A stretch of 64,000 nucleotides of DNA from Vicugna vicugna (GCA_013265495.1 MU057711.1:744001-808000), one strand, 5' to 3'; positions 1 through 13,293 are shown, numbered from the stretch's first letter. Numbers and translations: made by a program. The notes: generated by a model not told the origin, from the sequence alone.

Positions 1-160
1 TCTCCTGTTACTGGCTGTGTGACCCTGGATAAGTTACTTTGCCACTCTGAGCCTCAGCTTCTCCACCTGTAAAGCTGCAATAATAATACCTATTGAACAT
101 GGTTGTCATGAGAGTGTCAAGGAGACAGAAATATCTGCCCACACAGACTGTGCTCAATAA
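1..160 (+). mobile_element. MIR remnant (one of several, e.g. also about 1725-1870 and 2860-3020)
   Basis: ctgtgtgaccctggataagttactt...tctgagcctcagcttctccacctgtaaa is the MIR core. Confidence 0.75.
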
Positions 161-254
161 AGTTACATTTTTCTAGACTATTGCTATGACTACTACTAAC
201 CAGATTCCAGAGAGTTGCGTCTAGTCTTCTATTCGGTTCTATTCTTTCAAAAAT

Positions 255-694
255 CTTTTTTTATTGAAGTATAATTGATTTACGAGGTTGTGTTAGTTTC
301 AGGTGTACAGCAAAGTGATTCAGATATATATACTCTCTTTCAGATTCTTTTCCGTTATAGGTTATTACGGTATTGAATATCGTTCCCTGTGCCATACAGT
401 AGGTCCTTGTTTATTTTGTATACAGCAGTGTGTATATGTTAATCTCCAGCTCCTGATTTACCCCTCCCCCCACCTTTCCCCTTTGGTAATCGTAATTTTG
501 TTTTCTACATCTGTAAGTCTATTTCTGTGTTGTAAATAAGTTCATTTGTGTCTTTTTTAAAGATTCTGCATGTAAGTAATGTCGTTTATTTGTCTTTCTC
601 TGTCTGACTTACTTAGAATGGTAACCTCCAGGTCCATCCAAGTTGCTGCAAATGGCGTATTTCATTCTTTTTATGGATGAGTAATATTTTATAT

Positions 695-732
<38 letters not shown>

Positions 733-1095
733 TCTTCTTTATCCCATCACCTGTTGATGGACATTTAGGTTGCTTCTATGCCTGGACTATTGTAAATAGT
801 GCTACTATGAACATGGGGGTATATGTGTCTTTTCAAATTAGAGTTTTCTCCAGATATATGCCCAGGAGTAGGATTGCTGGATCATATGGTAAGTCTATTC
901 CTAGTCTTTAGAGGAATCTCCATGCTGTTTTCCACAGTGGCTGCACCAGTTTGCATTCCCACCAGCAGTGCAGGAGGACTCCCTTTCCTCCACATCCTCT
1001 CCAGCATTTGTTATTTGTAGACTTTTTGATGACGGCCATTCTGACTGGTGTGAGGGGATACCTCATTGTAGTTTTGATTTGCATTTCTCTAATAT
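255..1095 (-). mobile_element. L1 3' end (ORF2 end and 3'UTR)
   Basis: T-run tail followed by typical antisense L1 3' sequence (ggacatttaggttgc, gggattgctggatcatatgg-like, ttttgatttgcatttctct). Confidence 0.88.
698..727 (+). repeat. (AC)15 microsatellite inside an L1 fragment
   Basis: Direct reading. Confidence 0.95.
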
Positions 1096-1894
1096 TCTAT
1101 TCTATTCTATTCCATCCTATTCATTCTCCTACTACTAATAATAACTGCATTTTGGGGGCAGAAGCTGAGTCTTTCCTCCTTCTCCTTTCTCTCTCTCTCT
1201 TTTTATTTTTTTGCTATAGAGTCTTCTGCCCACTCCCTCCTTCCCAAATATATACTGCCCAGTTCAGTGTATAAAAGCTGACATTCCAAATCACAACATA
1301 TTTAAGGAAACAATTCACTAATTAATGTCTTTTAGAATTACCAATCTGAATCCCTAAGAAGTGATTTCCTTCTAAATTTAATCTGATTTCCTTCCAGTTC
1401 CCAGAATTTGCCCCAGGCTGAGCCTTTAAAAATTTTACAGTGTATGTCGGAGCAAAATTTGGTACAGCCACTTTGGAGGGCAATTTAACAGTGTCTTTTA
1501 AAATGAATAATTGCAGAAACCCCAAGACCTGGCGATTTCCTTCTTCTGTTGGGAAACATTCACATGTGCTGGAGGAAGCATGTACACAAGATGTTCATTG
1601 CAGCATTGCTTATAGCAGCAAACCTGGAAACATCCTAAATGTCCATTGGTGGGAAGCGTTGAAGCGTCCACCAAAGAAGATTAGTTAATATTGGATCCTG
1701 GAGCAAACTGTCAGTGTTCATGTCATTTACTAGCTGTGGAACCACAGAGACATTACGCAGTCTCTCTGTGCCTCCATCACCTCACCAGTAAAGTGGAAAT
1801 AATAATAATACAACCTACTTCATCATGTTGATGTGACATCTGAATGAGATAATACATATAAAATACTGTCTTTTCACACATCGAAAGGTCTGTG

Positions 1895-2210
1895 TGGGGG
1901 GTGATGGAAATGGGTGAAAATGGTCAAAAGGCAAAACCTTTCAGTCATAAAATAAATAAGTCCTGGGGATGTAATGTACAGCATGGTGACTGTATTTAAG
2001 AATACTGTATTTTCTATCTGGAAGTTGCTAAGAGAGTAGATCTTAAAAGTTCTCATTACAAGAAAAAAAATGTACAACTATGTGTGGTAATGGATGTTAA
2101 CTAAATGTGTTATGGTAATCGTTTTGCAATATGTGCATATATTAAATCACTATGTTGTATAGTTTGCACTAATACAACGTTATATGTCAATTATATCTCG
2201 GTGAAAATGA
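1895..2210 (+). mobile_element. L1 3'UTR fragment
   Basis: gatgtaatgtacagcatggtgact...gagagtagatcttaaaagttctca; same family as 13425-13905. Confidence 0.8.
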
Positions 2211-4350
2211 GAGTTTTCCAAGAAAGAGCTGTAATTATGGGTGAGCATCACTGAAAAGGAAGGAGGATGATCTATACATGCATGGAAAGTTAAGACATAA
2301 TGAGGAGGGGAGGAAAAGCTATAAAATAACACAAGTGATGTAGAACCGTTGATGGAACAGCCCACCCAAAAAAAGCTGTATCACACATTTTGTATCGGTA
2401 AAAGCAAGTTGCAGAACACAATGTAAAATGTAGTATCATGTATGTAAAAACATGCACACTAAACACAATATATTTTCTATGGGTAACTTGCAGGTGTACT
2501 TAAATGTACTTTTAAAAGTCCGGAACTACACAAGTCAAACTGATAATGGTGGTCACCTCCAGGCATAAGGGGAGGGACCAGATCTAGGGGGTCACCTATA
2601 CTATATTTTCTTTCTGAGAAGAATGTCTTCAGGTGCTTTTAAAATTAATTTTGATATAAAATTTATGGAAGCAACTCTCTGGAAAGCCTCATGTGAGCAA
2701 GTACTTCCATCTCCAATTCCAAATGGGCCGTCTTGTTTTATGTTTCCGCAAAGATGCTTGGGGAAATCGGGCCTTGCCTCCAGCAGAGGCTTAGGACAGA
2801 GGCGTTCAGAAGGCCTCCACTGCAAGGCAGGCCTAGGACCTGGAATCTGCAGCCAGGGTCTGCGGCTCCCCAGTCATGTGACCTTGTGCAAGTTTCATAC
2901 ACTTTCCTGGCCTTAGTTTCCACCCCTGTGACAGTGGGAACAGTAACAGAAACTGTTGCATAGAGGGTAGTCAGAGGACCGGCTGAGCTAAAGCACCTGC
3001 GACAATGTCTGGCAGTTACTGTGCCGATTTTGCTGAGGTGAGCAGGGAGAAGGGCTGCCACGGATCCTTGGACTTCAGTCCAGTGCAGGACAACAGGGCA
3101 GCCTCCGTGCTTAAGGCCAAACAGAAATTAATGACACAATTTAACACATGAATCACTGCCCTCTTCTACACGCTCTTTTTTTTAATCCTCATTTAATTCT
3201 GTGAGACAACAATCCTGCAAGGTGGGTCCTGTTATTACTCCACAGCTTCAGAGAGGATGAACAAGTTGCCTAAGGTCCCAGAACTAATCAAATGGTGAAG
3301 AATTAACAGTAATGATGATGACAATACCTTACATTGGCTAGCACTTGTGTTAGAAAAAGCAGCTGCCTGGTGGCAATGGTTAATTCAGCAGACATAATTT
3401 TGGACATGGTCTTGTATAATTCAGATGCTGGGCTTTCTGAGGGATAGAATAGTGAATCTGAAATGATTCATGTCTTTGAAGGGGGCTTATCTGAGTGGAG
3501 CAGCCAGATTTGTGCTTGGTGGGGAGTGGGGGCAGAGGGTGGGGTCCAGAGACACTCTCATGAAGGAGCGCACATCTAAGCTGGGCCTGGAAGGATGAAT
3601 GGGATTTTAAAAGGGCAGTGATGTGAGCAAAGATGCCAGCAAGTGGGCATGCCTGGTCTATCTGGGGACTGGAGGTTTAGCCCCGCCTGGCCCGGAGGAA
3701 GGAGGCCAACCTAGGACCAGAGGAGGGAGCCTAGGAGGAGGCAAGACCGGAAAGTTGCCAATGCCGGGTCACCAAGGCGTTTGGCTTGAGGGTAAAGAGC
3801 CAAAGCAGTGCTGTCTTTTCCCAAAATTAAAATGTCTGTTTCAATATAAAAGTAATCCATGCTCCTCCGGCAACTGGTAAGCAGTGAAGAAATAGGGAAA
3901 TTGAAATTAAATATGTAAAATTCCAGTGTCCCCCATGACTCCAGGCCATAGTTGGAATACCTTCCTTCACTGTCTGTCAGTATTTGTTTGTGTTATGCTG
4001 TGAGGAACGCCAGAGCAAGGACTGACCAATAGCGCATCAGCTGGACGTATCCCACCTTTGCAAATAAAAAAGTGAACATTCAGGGAGGTTACCTTGGCCT
4101 GGCTTCTCCCAGATTGCCCTGCGCTAGCAAGTTCCCCCATCCCTTCCTCCCTGAGCAGTCTGCAGGGATAGGTGTCCCGGGAGCTTCCACTAAGGCTTTG
4201 TGTCTTTCTGTTCACTGCCGTATCCCCAGGGCCTAGACCAGGGGATCAATGAGCAGGTAAACCCTCCCTAAGGCTGTGAATACAACTGGCCTCTCCCTGG
4301 GTTACTGTTGACTTCCCAGACTGCCCTACAGGCAATTGTTGATGGTTATT

Positions 4351-4446
4351 TTTGCAGTGGGGTGGAGATGGGAGGAGGTACTGGAGACTGAACCCAGGCC
4401 CTCCTGCACGCTAGGCACACACTCCACCACTGAGCTACACTCTCCC
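4351..4446 (-). mobile_element. tRNA-derived SINE (Vic-1-like)
   Basis: tRNA-like head with A/B boxes; 14-bp TSD tgttgatggttatt (4337-4350, 4447-4460). Confidence 0.85.
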
Positions 4447-4608
4447 TGTTGATGGTTATTAACACTCACCCTGTGAACTATTTCCTTTCTCCTTCTTCCT
4501 TCTCTCCCAACTCCCTCTTCTCCCTCCCTTAGTCCCCAGGACAGCGATGTCTGGAGGAGGAGGAGGAGGAGGGAACTAGGGCCTCAGAGGGCAACCCCAG
4601 TCACTTAC

Positions 4609-4842
4609 CTCTCCCACAGAGATGTGTGTCAGAGACTTAAATTGTATCAGCCTCTCAAAGGCAAAGGAGAAGACGGCCGTACGAAACCTGACGCCCGTGC
4701 GCTGGTTGAGGACCCAAAATGAGCACAGACCCATAGACTTCAGACACTCGGTGAAAAAAAGGGCAAAGCAAAGCCCTATTCCATAGGCAATGCTCCCCGA
4801 CCGCTCTTCGGAATATTCCAGGAGCCTTGGTATGACCAGCAT
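4609..4842 (-). CDS. ABCC11: ABCC11 coding exon 5, 234 nt (TMD1 helices); gene continues beyond the left edge
   Basis: [13 protein letters not shown]...[14 protein letters not shown]...[19 protein letters not shown]; ccttttag| acceptor, GAG|gtaagt donor. Confidence 0.96.
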
Positions 4843-5049
4843 CTAAAAGGAAACGGGAGTTTGGGTCATCCCACCTTCCCAATCCTGCTTTCAGCCAACA
4901 CATACCCAACAAAGGCCGTGTGTGAGGTCCTCGAGTCAATGTAAGGGGCTTACTGAATGATCGAAACTGACTACACTCAGGGAGGTCACAGTCCGGTTGG
5001 AGGAGACTGAGAAATTCAGCTAACCCAGATCTGAATCCCAGCTCCGCCA

Positions 5050-5520
5050 CCTCGTAGCTGGTCCTGACAGGGAACAGAGGACGCCCAGAAACAGGGTAAT
5101 TCAAGGGTAATAACCTGACTGTTTACAAAGGTGTGGGTAGAATTTAGGTAGGAAACCCGCCAGCGGTGGAAGAGCACCCTGGAGCTTAGCAACAGCAGAG
5201 AACGAAGGGCAGAGGAGCGAGTGAGTTTACTGAAACCAGACAAAGCCATGCAGACAGGGCCCTTCGTTTTAGAAGTCTGGTCACCAACCTCCAGTGACAG
5301 GGAGGGAGGCAGTCAGAGCAATAAATATCCTGCCCTCACTTCTCCTTCCCTCCAGCCTCCAGTTGGAGTCTCCCACTGGTCAAACCCAACCAGAAGCCAA
5401 AGTCAGGGGACCCCACAGATGTGATCCATCCAAGTCACGTCATGTACTAGGGGCACAAGCGGGGCAGTGAGGACGAGGGTGGAGAGTGGGTCTGGAGGGA
5501 CGAATGGGGAATATCCAGGA
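5050..5520. mobile_element. MaLR (MLT1-type) LTR remnant
   Basis: ctcccactggtcaaacccaaccagaagcc and gggtggagagtgggtctggaggg resemble MLT1 consensus as recalled. Confidence 0.55.
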
Positions 5521-5982
5521 CGCTAACTGTCACCCAAGTCACTTATCTCTGTGGCATCATCAACCGTTGCTTCTTCCTGATCTGTATCCCTTCTCCCCTC
5601 AGCTGGTAACAGCGCCTTGGTTTTTCCCTAAGGGGACTCCCACCTGCCCCAGTGCATGCAGTCTAGGCTGGACTGTCAATCAAACACAGTCTGCAGGCCC
5701 ACCGGTGAACATGTGGCCCCAGTGAGGACAACCAGAGTCACTGACTGCAATCAGAATCTCGGGCTGAGGAACTGATAGGAAATAGAACCAGTTCATCCCA
5801 ACCATGGTACAAGGAGGAGACCAACATTCCCAGAGCTGCTCTGCTGTTTCTCAAAGCAGCTCAAACGTGCATGCTGAACCAGGCGGAGTCCTAAGTGTTT
5901 ATCTCAGTGTCACCTAACGAGGCAGGTAACTTTGTGCTCTCCAATTTACACATGAGGATTTCCATAAGAACTACTACTGAGA

Positions 5983-6140
5983 GGGGGAGGGTATAGCTTG
6001 GTGGTAGAGTGCGTGTTTAGCATGCACAAGGTCCTGAGTTCAATCACCAATGGCTCCACTAAAATAATAATAATAATTTTAAAATGCACAAATAAATCTA
6101 AATACCTCCCTCCCCCCCAAAAAAGACAAAAAACAAAAAC
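5983..6140 (+). mobile_element. tRNA-derived SINE (Vic-1-like)
   Basis: gggggagggtatagct...gagttcaatc head, A-rich tail, imperfect TSD agaactactac/agagctactac. Confidence 0.85.
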
Positions 6141-6422
6141 AGAGCTACTACCTAGAGTGTCATGGGGTTCTATGAGGAAACGAAGGCACAAAGGAGATAA
6201 ACAAATTGCCCAAAGTCACCCAGAAATTAAATAGCAGAGCCAAGTTTCAAACCCAAGTGGTGACTACAGAGCTCACACTTCTAACTAATACCAGCTTAAC
6301 TGCCCCAAAGGGTCTTCATTTTCTGAGCAGCAGCTGGGAGACAAAGACATCCCCATTTCCTGGCATGGACTTGAACATGCTCACCTCCAAGTCCCCTCAG
6401 CCTCACCGAACCTGCCGCTTAC

Positions 6423-6570
6423 CGGCCCAAACACACTTGCAGCCGAGAAGCAGCAGCCCACAAGTATATTGAAAATAACCCTTGTTCTTTGGAATCTCAG
6501 CATCACCCGAAACATTGAAGCTTTGTCAATCCCACGCCTTGAGACTTCTTCTTCCCAAAGGAGACGAAGC
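6423..6570 (-). CDS. ABCC11: ABCC11 coding exon 4, 148 nt
   Basis: [30 protein letters not shown]...SVFGP; tcttttcaag| acceptor, CCG|gtaagc donor; includes the codon equivalent to human Gly180. Confidence 0.96.
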
Positions 6571-6619
6571 CTTGAAAAGAGGAAAATTGAGCCAAGTGAA
6601 ATCTCTTTGTACATATCAC

Positions 6620-7680
6620 ACAAATGTCCTCGTCTGGGAGCTTTGTTACAGAAATTTTCAAACATAGCCAAAGTTGAGAGAAGAATACAGGGAGTCTCCC
6701 CAGATGTTCATCCCCAGCTTCAAGAATTATCAACATTTGACATTTTTGTTTCATCTCCTCTACCCTCCACTTTTTTTTTTGCTAGAGTATTTCAAAAAAA
6801 AAATCCCAGAGATACCATTTCATCTATAAATGCATTAGTGTCTATCTCTTCCAGATAAAGCCTTAAAAAATCCATGGTAACCATAATAATTATTAATTAT
6901 TAACTGTTAATATTAATATTATTAATAACTTTATTATTAATCATTATTAATTAATAAGTGTTACTGATAACTATTCACTAATAGTTGTACACTAATAACA
7001 TCATAACACTAATTCCTCAATGGCATTTAATCCAAACTTCTCTGATTATTTCAGAAATACATTATTACAGTCAGTTTGCCTAAATCAAGATCCAAGCAAG
7101 GTCTACCCATGGCAATTAAAAGACAAATCCAACAGGCCTCTTGCATGTCATTTTAGTCTGTAACAGTTTCCCTTCCTCTGCATTTTCCTGCCATTTACTT
7201 GTTGAAGAAACTGAGTCATTCATCCTGCAGGATTTCCCACAGTCTGGATTTGACTGATTGCACCCCTGGTGCTGTCTAACATAATTTCCTATGCCCTGTA
7301 TTTCCTATCAAAAGGCTAGTTAGATCCAGAGGCTTAATAAATTTCAGAATTTAAGTCAACTGGCAAAAATACTTCATAGGTGATGTAGTAGTGTACATCC
7401 TTTTGCATCACATCAGACAATGCACAATGTCTGGTGTCCCATTTTGAGTAATGTTAAGGTGGATCCGCGGGTTAAGGTGTGTTAACCTGACTCATTTGTT
7501 GCTAAGTTCCCCATCACTGATAACCACTGCCGAGACCCATGCCAATAGGGCTGGCAGAATGGTGGTTTTTCTAATTCTATCATTCTTTCTGTATTTAATA
7601 GTCTGAATTTTTCTGTAAAAAAAAAAAGACAACTTTCCCTCATCAACTATTTTGTTACCCTGAAATACAGTTAGTTGAGG
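6620..7680 (-). mobile_element. Old L1M(C/E)-type 3' fragment with AT-rich low-complexity insert
   Basis: Degenerate antisense L1M motifs (ttcccacagtctggattt, ttcaacaattatcaac-like); edges approximate. Confidence 0.6.
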
Positions 7681-10450
7681 AAACAGCCTGAGACTTTGAA
7701 TAATGTCCCTCTTCCTTTTTGTACACAAATTAAGATTTATATAACCCAGAACTCTGACCTCCAAAAAGTGTCCTGATTTATTTCAAAGTCCCCAAAAGGG
7801 TGCCCCAGTGTTGGTTCATCCAACCAAAACTTTACCCTTATTTTGACATTCCCAGCTGGGATATTTGTGTTAACACCAGCAAAACAAGTACACCAAAAAC
7901 ATTTCCTTGGGGGGTAAAAAAATATAACATACAATATTTTTTAAAAGCATCAAAGAAGTTACCATGAAAAAAATGAAATTTTTTTTGACTTTTACACTTC
8001 TTTTTTATTTTGAATTGTATTTGAGGCTGGGAGAGGTGACTGGACAGTAGTCATTGTGATGCTTAAGGCTTCCAGAGCTCTAATCTTGGATGCCTTCCTT
8101 GCATCCACAACCCAGTCTGTCAGCTGCAGGCACCATGCTGGTATCTATCTGCCTTTTGACCTCCTGGCTCCTGCCTCCCTGTGTCCGGCTCCACTGTCTG
8201 GAAAGCGGTCACCACTGCCCAGGATGAAAACATCAAGGACTATGCCAAGGGGCTCCAGGTCCTCCCCGAGGCTTCTGCCCCTCAGTGAGCAAGAACACAG
8301 CGGGCAGAATAGCGTCCCTTGTCCTGCCGCCCTGTGCCCCCATGCCCCGACAGCAGCACTGTTTGCACGAGTTCTCAAACAGCCCTATCAGCGTCTGGTT
8401 CTCAAACTCTGCCTGGAGTCTCACCCAGCCTCTCGCGGCAAGCGGTTCTCGCCCTTTCTACTCTTTGCTCCTCCAGCACTGGATGCTCATCCCAATGCCA
8501 GGAGGATATTACTGTGCTGCTTTCCTTCACCTGCAGTCAAAGCTCAGGCTTCTCCTTGTTTCTGAGTTATGAAAATGACCCCATCCCACACTCACCGAAG
8601 TGGACCAGACAACTTGAGAAGTCTGAGCTTCAGAGAACAAAGCAAAAAATGTACCCACAACACCTGCCTGTGTGGAAGTCTTTGCTTGCGGATGGTATTA
8701 CTCAGGCCAAACCCTGGGGCCACCACTCCTCATCGCAGCCCCACCCCCACACTTAACATAATCCACAGAGACTACAGCTCTAGGGTCAATTCGACTTGGA
8801 CTAAACAAACCCAAGTTTTCCACAGCCTGCCCACAGCTCTCCTGGCAACTCTATATATTTCTGGCCAGGATTATTAGACTCAGATTCAAAAGATTTGGAT
8901 TCAAATTTTACCTCGCCCATTCGTTAGCTACATGACGCAGGGGACGTCGTTTCCCTTCTCTTAATCCTGTTTCTTCATTGGCAAGACGGGAAAGATAATA
9001 TCTGCCCTGTTTATTTCATAACCCTATTGTGATGATCAAAGGAGGCCATGGATGGGGAGATGCTCTGTTACCGTAGAACAAGACAGATGTGAAGAATTAT
9101 GATGGTGATGAGGATGAAGATGATGGTGGTGAGCTACGGTGATGCTACTGCCAAGAGTGGAACCGATGATGATGGTTGTCAGTACATCCTTCGAGGAACC
9201 AAAGTAGCTCTTTGGAAGGGTTAGGGAAGACACATCCCAGAACTCTACCTGTTCAATGGTGAACATATGGGAAGGAACCCCTCTAAAGGTGAGAATGCCC
9301 AGATAATTACTTTTTCAAATAAACATCCAACAATGGAGTGATTGCAGAAGTGTTGGCGGTCAGACATTGTGAATTGTAGAATAAAAAAGGCAGCAACAGT
9401 AAAATGGAAGTGAACAGAAGTAACTCAGGTGACCTGGCACTCATAATGTTAGGGAAAGAACGAGCCAGCTAACATTTAACTGATCGCCTATTAGTATCTG
9501 GCAGTTTTCCATGTGCCTCTCTTACGTCTTTTGATTCTTACAACAATCCTGTGAAGCATCGTGAGATAAATTTTTTGTAATTCACTATTTTGTATATAAA
9601 AACACAGGGCTGACAACATAGCTGGTAAAAGGTGCAATTCCAACCCCCAAATCTGGCATTATCCAAGAGGTGCTCCCTGGAACTTTTTTTTTTTTTCCGA
9701 ATAAGTCTGAGAAGCAATGGGTCAAAGTTTAACCAGTCTCTACTTTCTCAGTGCCTTCACCCCACTGATTTTCTTTGTAAATCTCTGAGACCTGGTGAGA
9801 ACATGCAACTGTTCGCAAACTCCCTGACCGCCGAATGCTCTTTTCAGGGAGGCTCTTAGGGGACTGCCATTTCCCGGAACACATTTGGGAAATGCCATTC
9901 TACACCCTGGTGTCTCTCATGAAGTAGTTAGAGAGAGGAACATGAGTACAGGACATTTCAAGTCACTCACTTCCCCCCCCCAATTTGATCTTCCTGTCAC
10001 CTTGTGAGGTGGGCGGTACAGGAAATTTAATCACACAACTAGCTAAGGATTAAGAGGCCGGGCCACCAACCCACAATGTAATGATCAGTGACCCAGATCA
10101 GTGCCTGATCCAGGAAAAAAAAAAAAAGCAAAGGGGACAAGCGGTCATTTCTAACTTTCTCAAGGTCCTGGGCTCCCAGGTAAATCTGATAAAAGGTGTT
10201 AATTCTCGCTCCAGAAAAAGATCTCTAGCCCATACTTAGAAAATGTATAAATCATTTGAGGAGATTCATGAACCCCAGGTTAAGAACCTCCAGAGTAGAG
10301 CGAGGCCTCCTGCTACAAAAGAACTTACATTTTTCAGTTGTCTGAGGATGGACCACCACAACCCATCGCCATATTCTTAGCATCTCTGGTCACCATCCAC
10401 CAAGACGTGGTCTTTAACCAACCCTGCTGGCTTGCCCAACGCAACTTTAC

Positions 10451-10609
10451 CTTTCGCCATTTTTGGTTGAGGCGTCATGTACTGACATCTGGGGGATGGT
10501 GTTCTCATCCAAGCAATTCCGTGCACCTCGGATCATGAGTGGGGTGAGCCATGACACCGTGAGGTAGGAGAACAGGCCAGCATCATCCAGGGGCTGCGGC
10601 GCAGGAAAC
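10451..10609 (-). CDS. ABCC11: ABCC11 coding exon 3, 159 nt
   Basis: FPAPQPLDDAGLFSYLTVSWLTPLM...DASTKNGE(R), the ABCC lasso/L0 region; gctag| acceptor, AG|gtaaag donor. Confidence 0.96.
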
Positions 10610-11000
10610 CTAGCAGGGAAGTCACAGGCAAGGTGGCCACATTTATGATGCAGGCTCCAGAGGCAGACAATTAAGTCAAGGGCAAGATTTGGAAGGGATG
10701 GATTATAACTACGTAAAAACCACAATGTGGTCATCTGGATGTACAAAAAAGGCCTTTTTTTTTTTCTTTTTCATGAATCTATTATTTGCAATAGTTAAAA
10801 ACTAGAAACAACAAAAACATCCATGAATAGGGGAATGATTTAAAACGAAAGAAGACAAGTATAGTGTATCCTGTACACTTGTGGAAAACAATGCAAAAGT
10901 GTCTAAAAAAAGAATTGATCCATATGGAGAACATGGAAAGGGCTCTAAGAATATTAAATAAGATTTAAAAAAAAAGCCACTTGCAAATCAAGAAATTCCA

Positions 11001-11120
11001 GGGGAGGGTATAGCTCAAGTGGTAGACAGCATGATTAGCACGCATGAGTTCCCAGGTTCAATCCCCAGTATCTCCATTAAAAATTAATAAATAAACCTAA
11101 TTACATGCTCCCTCTCCAAA
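11001..11120 (+). mobile_element. tRNA-derived SINE (Vic-1-like)
   Basis: ggggagggtatagctcaagtggtag...ggttcaatcccc; TSD aagaaattc. Confidence 0.85.
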
Positions 11121-13174
11121 AAGAAATTCAGTAGTTTTTTACATAAGAAAGGAAGAAATAAGAGAAAGCAGAAAAAACTATATATATATAAAATATATAA
11201 TATATATCAAATTATATAACAATTTATATCAAATCATTAATAGTGATTGACTTTGAAGTAGGGATTAGGATTGGCAAAGGAACATGAAAAGAGACTCTCA
11301 TTGTTTTAATTTTTCTATGTTTTGCTTCTGTAACTTCCACAAAAACAATAAAAATGAAATAAAAAGTAAATACATAAGAATGATAAGGTCATATCTCTGG
11401 GAATGATTCACAAACACAGAATACAGAAAAGAGTGATTGGATTAGGGTGTTGAGATTGTGCGTCATTTCCACTTCTTTTTTCAAAAGTGCCCTTAATGCC
11501 ATATGTTTCAACAGGAAGAAAAGTCAATTTAAAAAAAGATTTGGGGAGGCTGGGAAGGCAGTGAAGAGAGTACCAAAGACAAATTTTTCTGACTTCCTAA
11601 CCTGACCAGTGGTTGGTTTACATATTATAGAAAGCAACCTAAGAATATGAAAATGAATATACATATGTTCATGTATGACTGAAGCATTGTGCTGTATACC
11701 AGAAATTGACACAACATTGTTAACTGACTATCCTTCAGTATAAATATATATAAATCAAAGGAAGGAAGGACGAAAGAAAGAAAGATAGATTTGGGGGAAA
11801 AGGTATGTAAACGAAAGTGCCCAACTGGTGGGATGGTTTGTTTTTGGCTGTGGCCTCTTTATTCCATACTCTGGCCCTTTTTTATATTCTCACAGCCACC
11901 AGCAACCATGGCTGGATATTCTGGGCAAGGCTGGCCACGCGTTTGCCTGAGATGTTGGAGAGTGAGGGACAGAAGGGAGGGTGAGACACTGCAGCAGATG
12001 TGTGGGGCCATCTGTGACCGCACAGGTAGGGCCAGAAGCGACGCCCCAGGGCTGATACTCTGATAGGCCCAGCAGAAACACTGTGTCTCTCTAGATGAGG
12101 CTGCCTGGGTGAACTCAAGCACCAAGATTCTTTGTTCCTGGTGGAGATCAGATCAATTCAGTGGGTTACAATGTAGCTAGTATTGACAGGAGCTCAGATT
12201 TTAAAAATTAGGAAAACAAATGCAGTTTGCTTGATAGATAAAACGGGCTCCTGCTGCTGAAATGCTGAGGAATCAGACTAGAAGTGATAAGATCCTGTCA
12301 ATAAGGGATGAACAGATGAACGTGTGCATGGCCCCTGAAACCAAGGATGTATAAATTAGAAACTCATTTGGGGATGGTTACTTTAAACCATGGTTTACTA
12401 GAGAAGGCTACACGGAATGTCTTTAGCTCTTAAGTTTAATGGTAACATCACAGGGCATTTGGCCCTTTCAGTGGTTCCCCATTTCTCTTGGGATGAAGAC
12501 CAACATACCTAATGTGGCCTGTGGGGACATGTATGATCTTTGAGCACCTGCCTCCACCTACAGCCTCATCTTGTACCTGGCCCACGCTCACACAGGACCA
12601 TCCAGAGACAACGGCCTCCCTCTCAGCTCCTGGACACATCCCTTGTGTTCCTTTCACTGCAAGGCTGGGCCTTGGCACATGCTGTCCCCTCTGCCCAGCT
12701 CATTCTTCCTTGACTCTTGCCTAGGAAAATCTTGTTCATTCTCCAGGTCTCGGTATCACTCAGAACCTGTCATATTGTCACTGTTTCATTGCCCCTCACG
12801 CCCCCACCTTTCTTCACAGCAACTTCCTCACACAGCTCATAATCACATGTTTATTTATGAGCTTACTGTCATTCTCCTCCATGTGGGGTCCAAGGTGGGT
12901 GAGGATCCTGTTTATCTCGCTCACCGCTACCCACCCACAGTCTAACACAGTGCCCAGCTCCTGTAGATGCTCCACGAATCCTTGCTGAACGACTGACTGA
13001 ATGAATGAAAGAATGAGCCCTGATGTGCCTCAGGCTTCTCTGGAGGTGCTGTCTGTGGTGGGTGACAGGACTGTGTGGGGATATGGTTATATAACCTTTG
13101 GGAGAGGTCTGGGTACAAGGGTCTGGGAGCCACTGTCCTGGTGAGTATGACCCTCATCACCCCTCAGGACTCAC

Positions 13175-13293
13175 TTTGGCTTCAGACGGAAGGGAATCAT
13201 GGTTCTCCAGGCAGCATGGTACTTCTCCCTTCCCCGTGCCTCGGGCTGCCTCACCTGCTGGCTCCAGCAGCCGTCTCTGACAGTGAAACTTTT
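13175..13293 (-). CDS. ABCC11: ABCC11 coding exon 2, 119 nt
   Basis: Acceptor ttttctttcccaag|, [39 protein letters not shown](K), donor AA|gtgagt; phase 0 to 2 fits both neighbours; not in the ORF track. Confidence 0.9.

Noticed and set aside
1..4608. Next ABCC11 exon (AISFF...) missing, suggesting exon loss
   Set aside because: Not found here, but the intron probably extends past the window edge, so absence is uninformative.
5983..6060. tRNA-Ala-like sequences as real tRNA genes
   Set aside because: Degenerate stems, A-rich tails and TSDs show they are SINEs.
6880..7015. AT-rich quasi-palindromic tract as a structured RNA or origin
   Set aside because: Low-complexity (TAA/TTA) decay within an old L1.
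8056..8877. Cluster of overlapping 95-169 aa ORFs in an ABCC11 intron
   Set aside because: No recognisable domain or exon structure; expected by chance in moderately GC-rich DNA.
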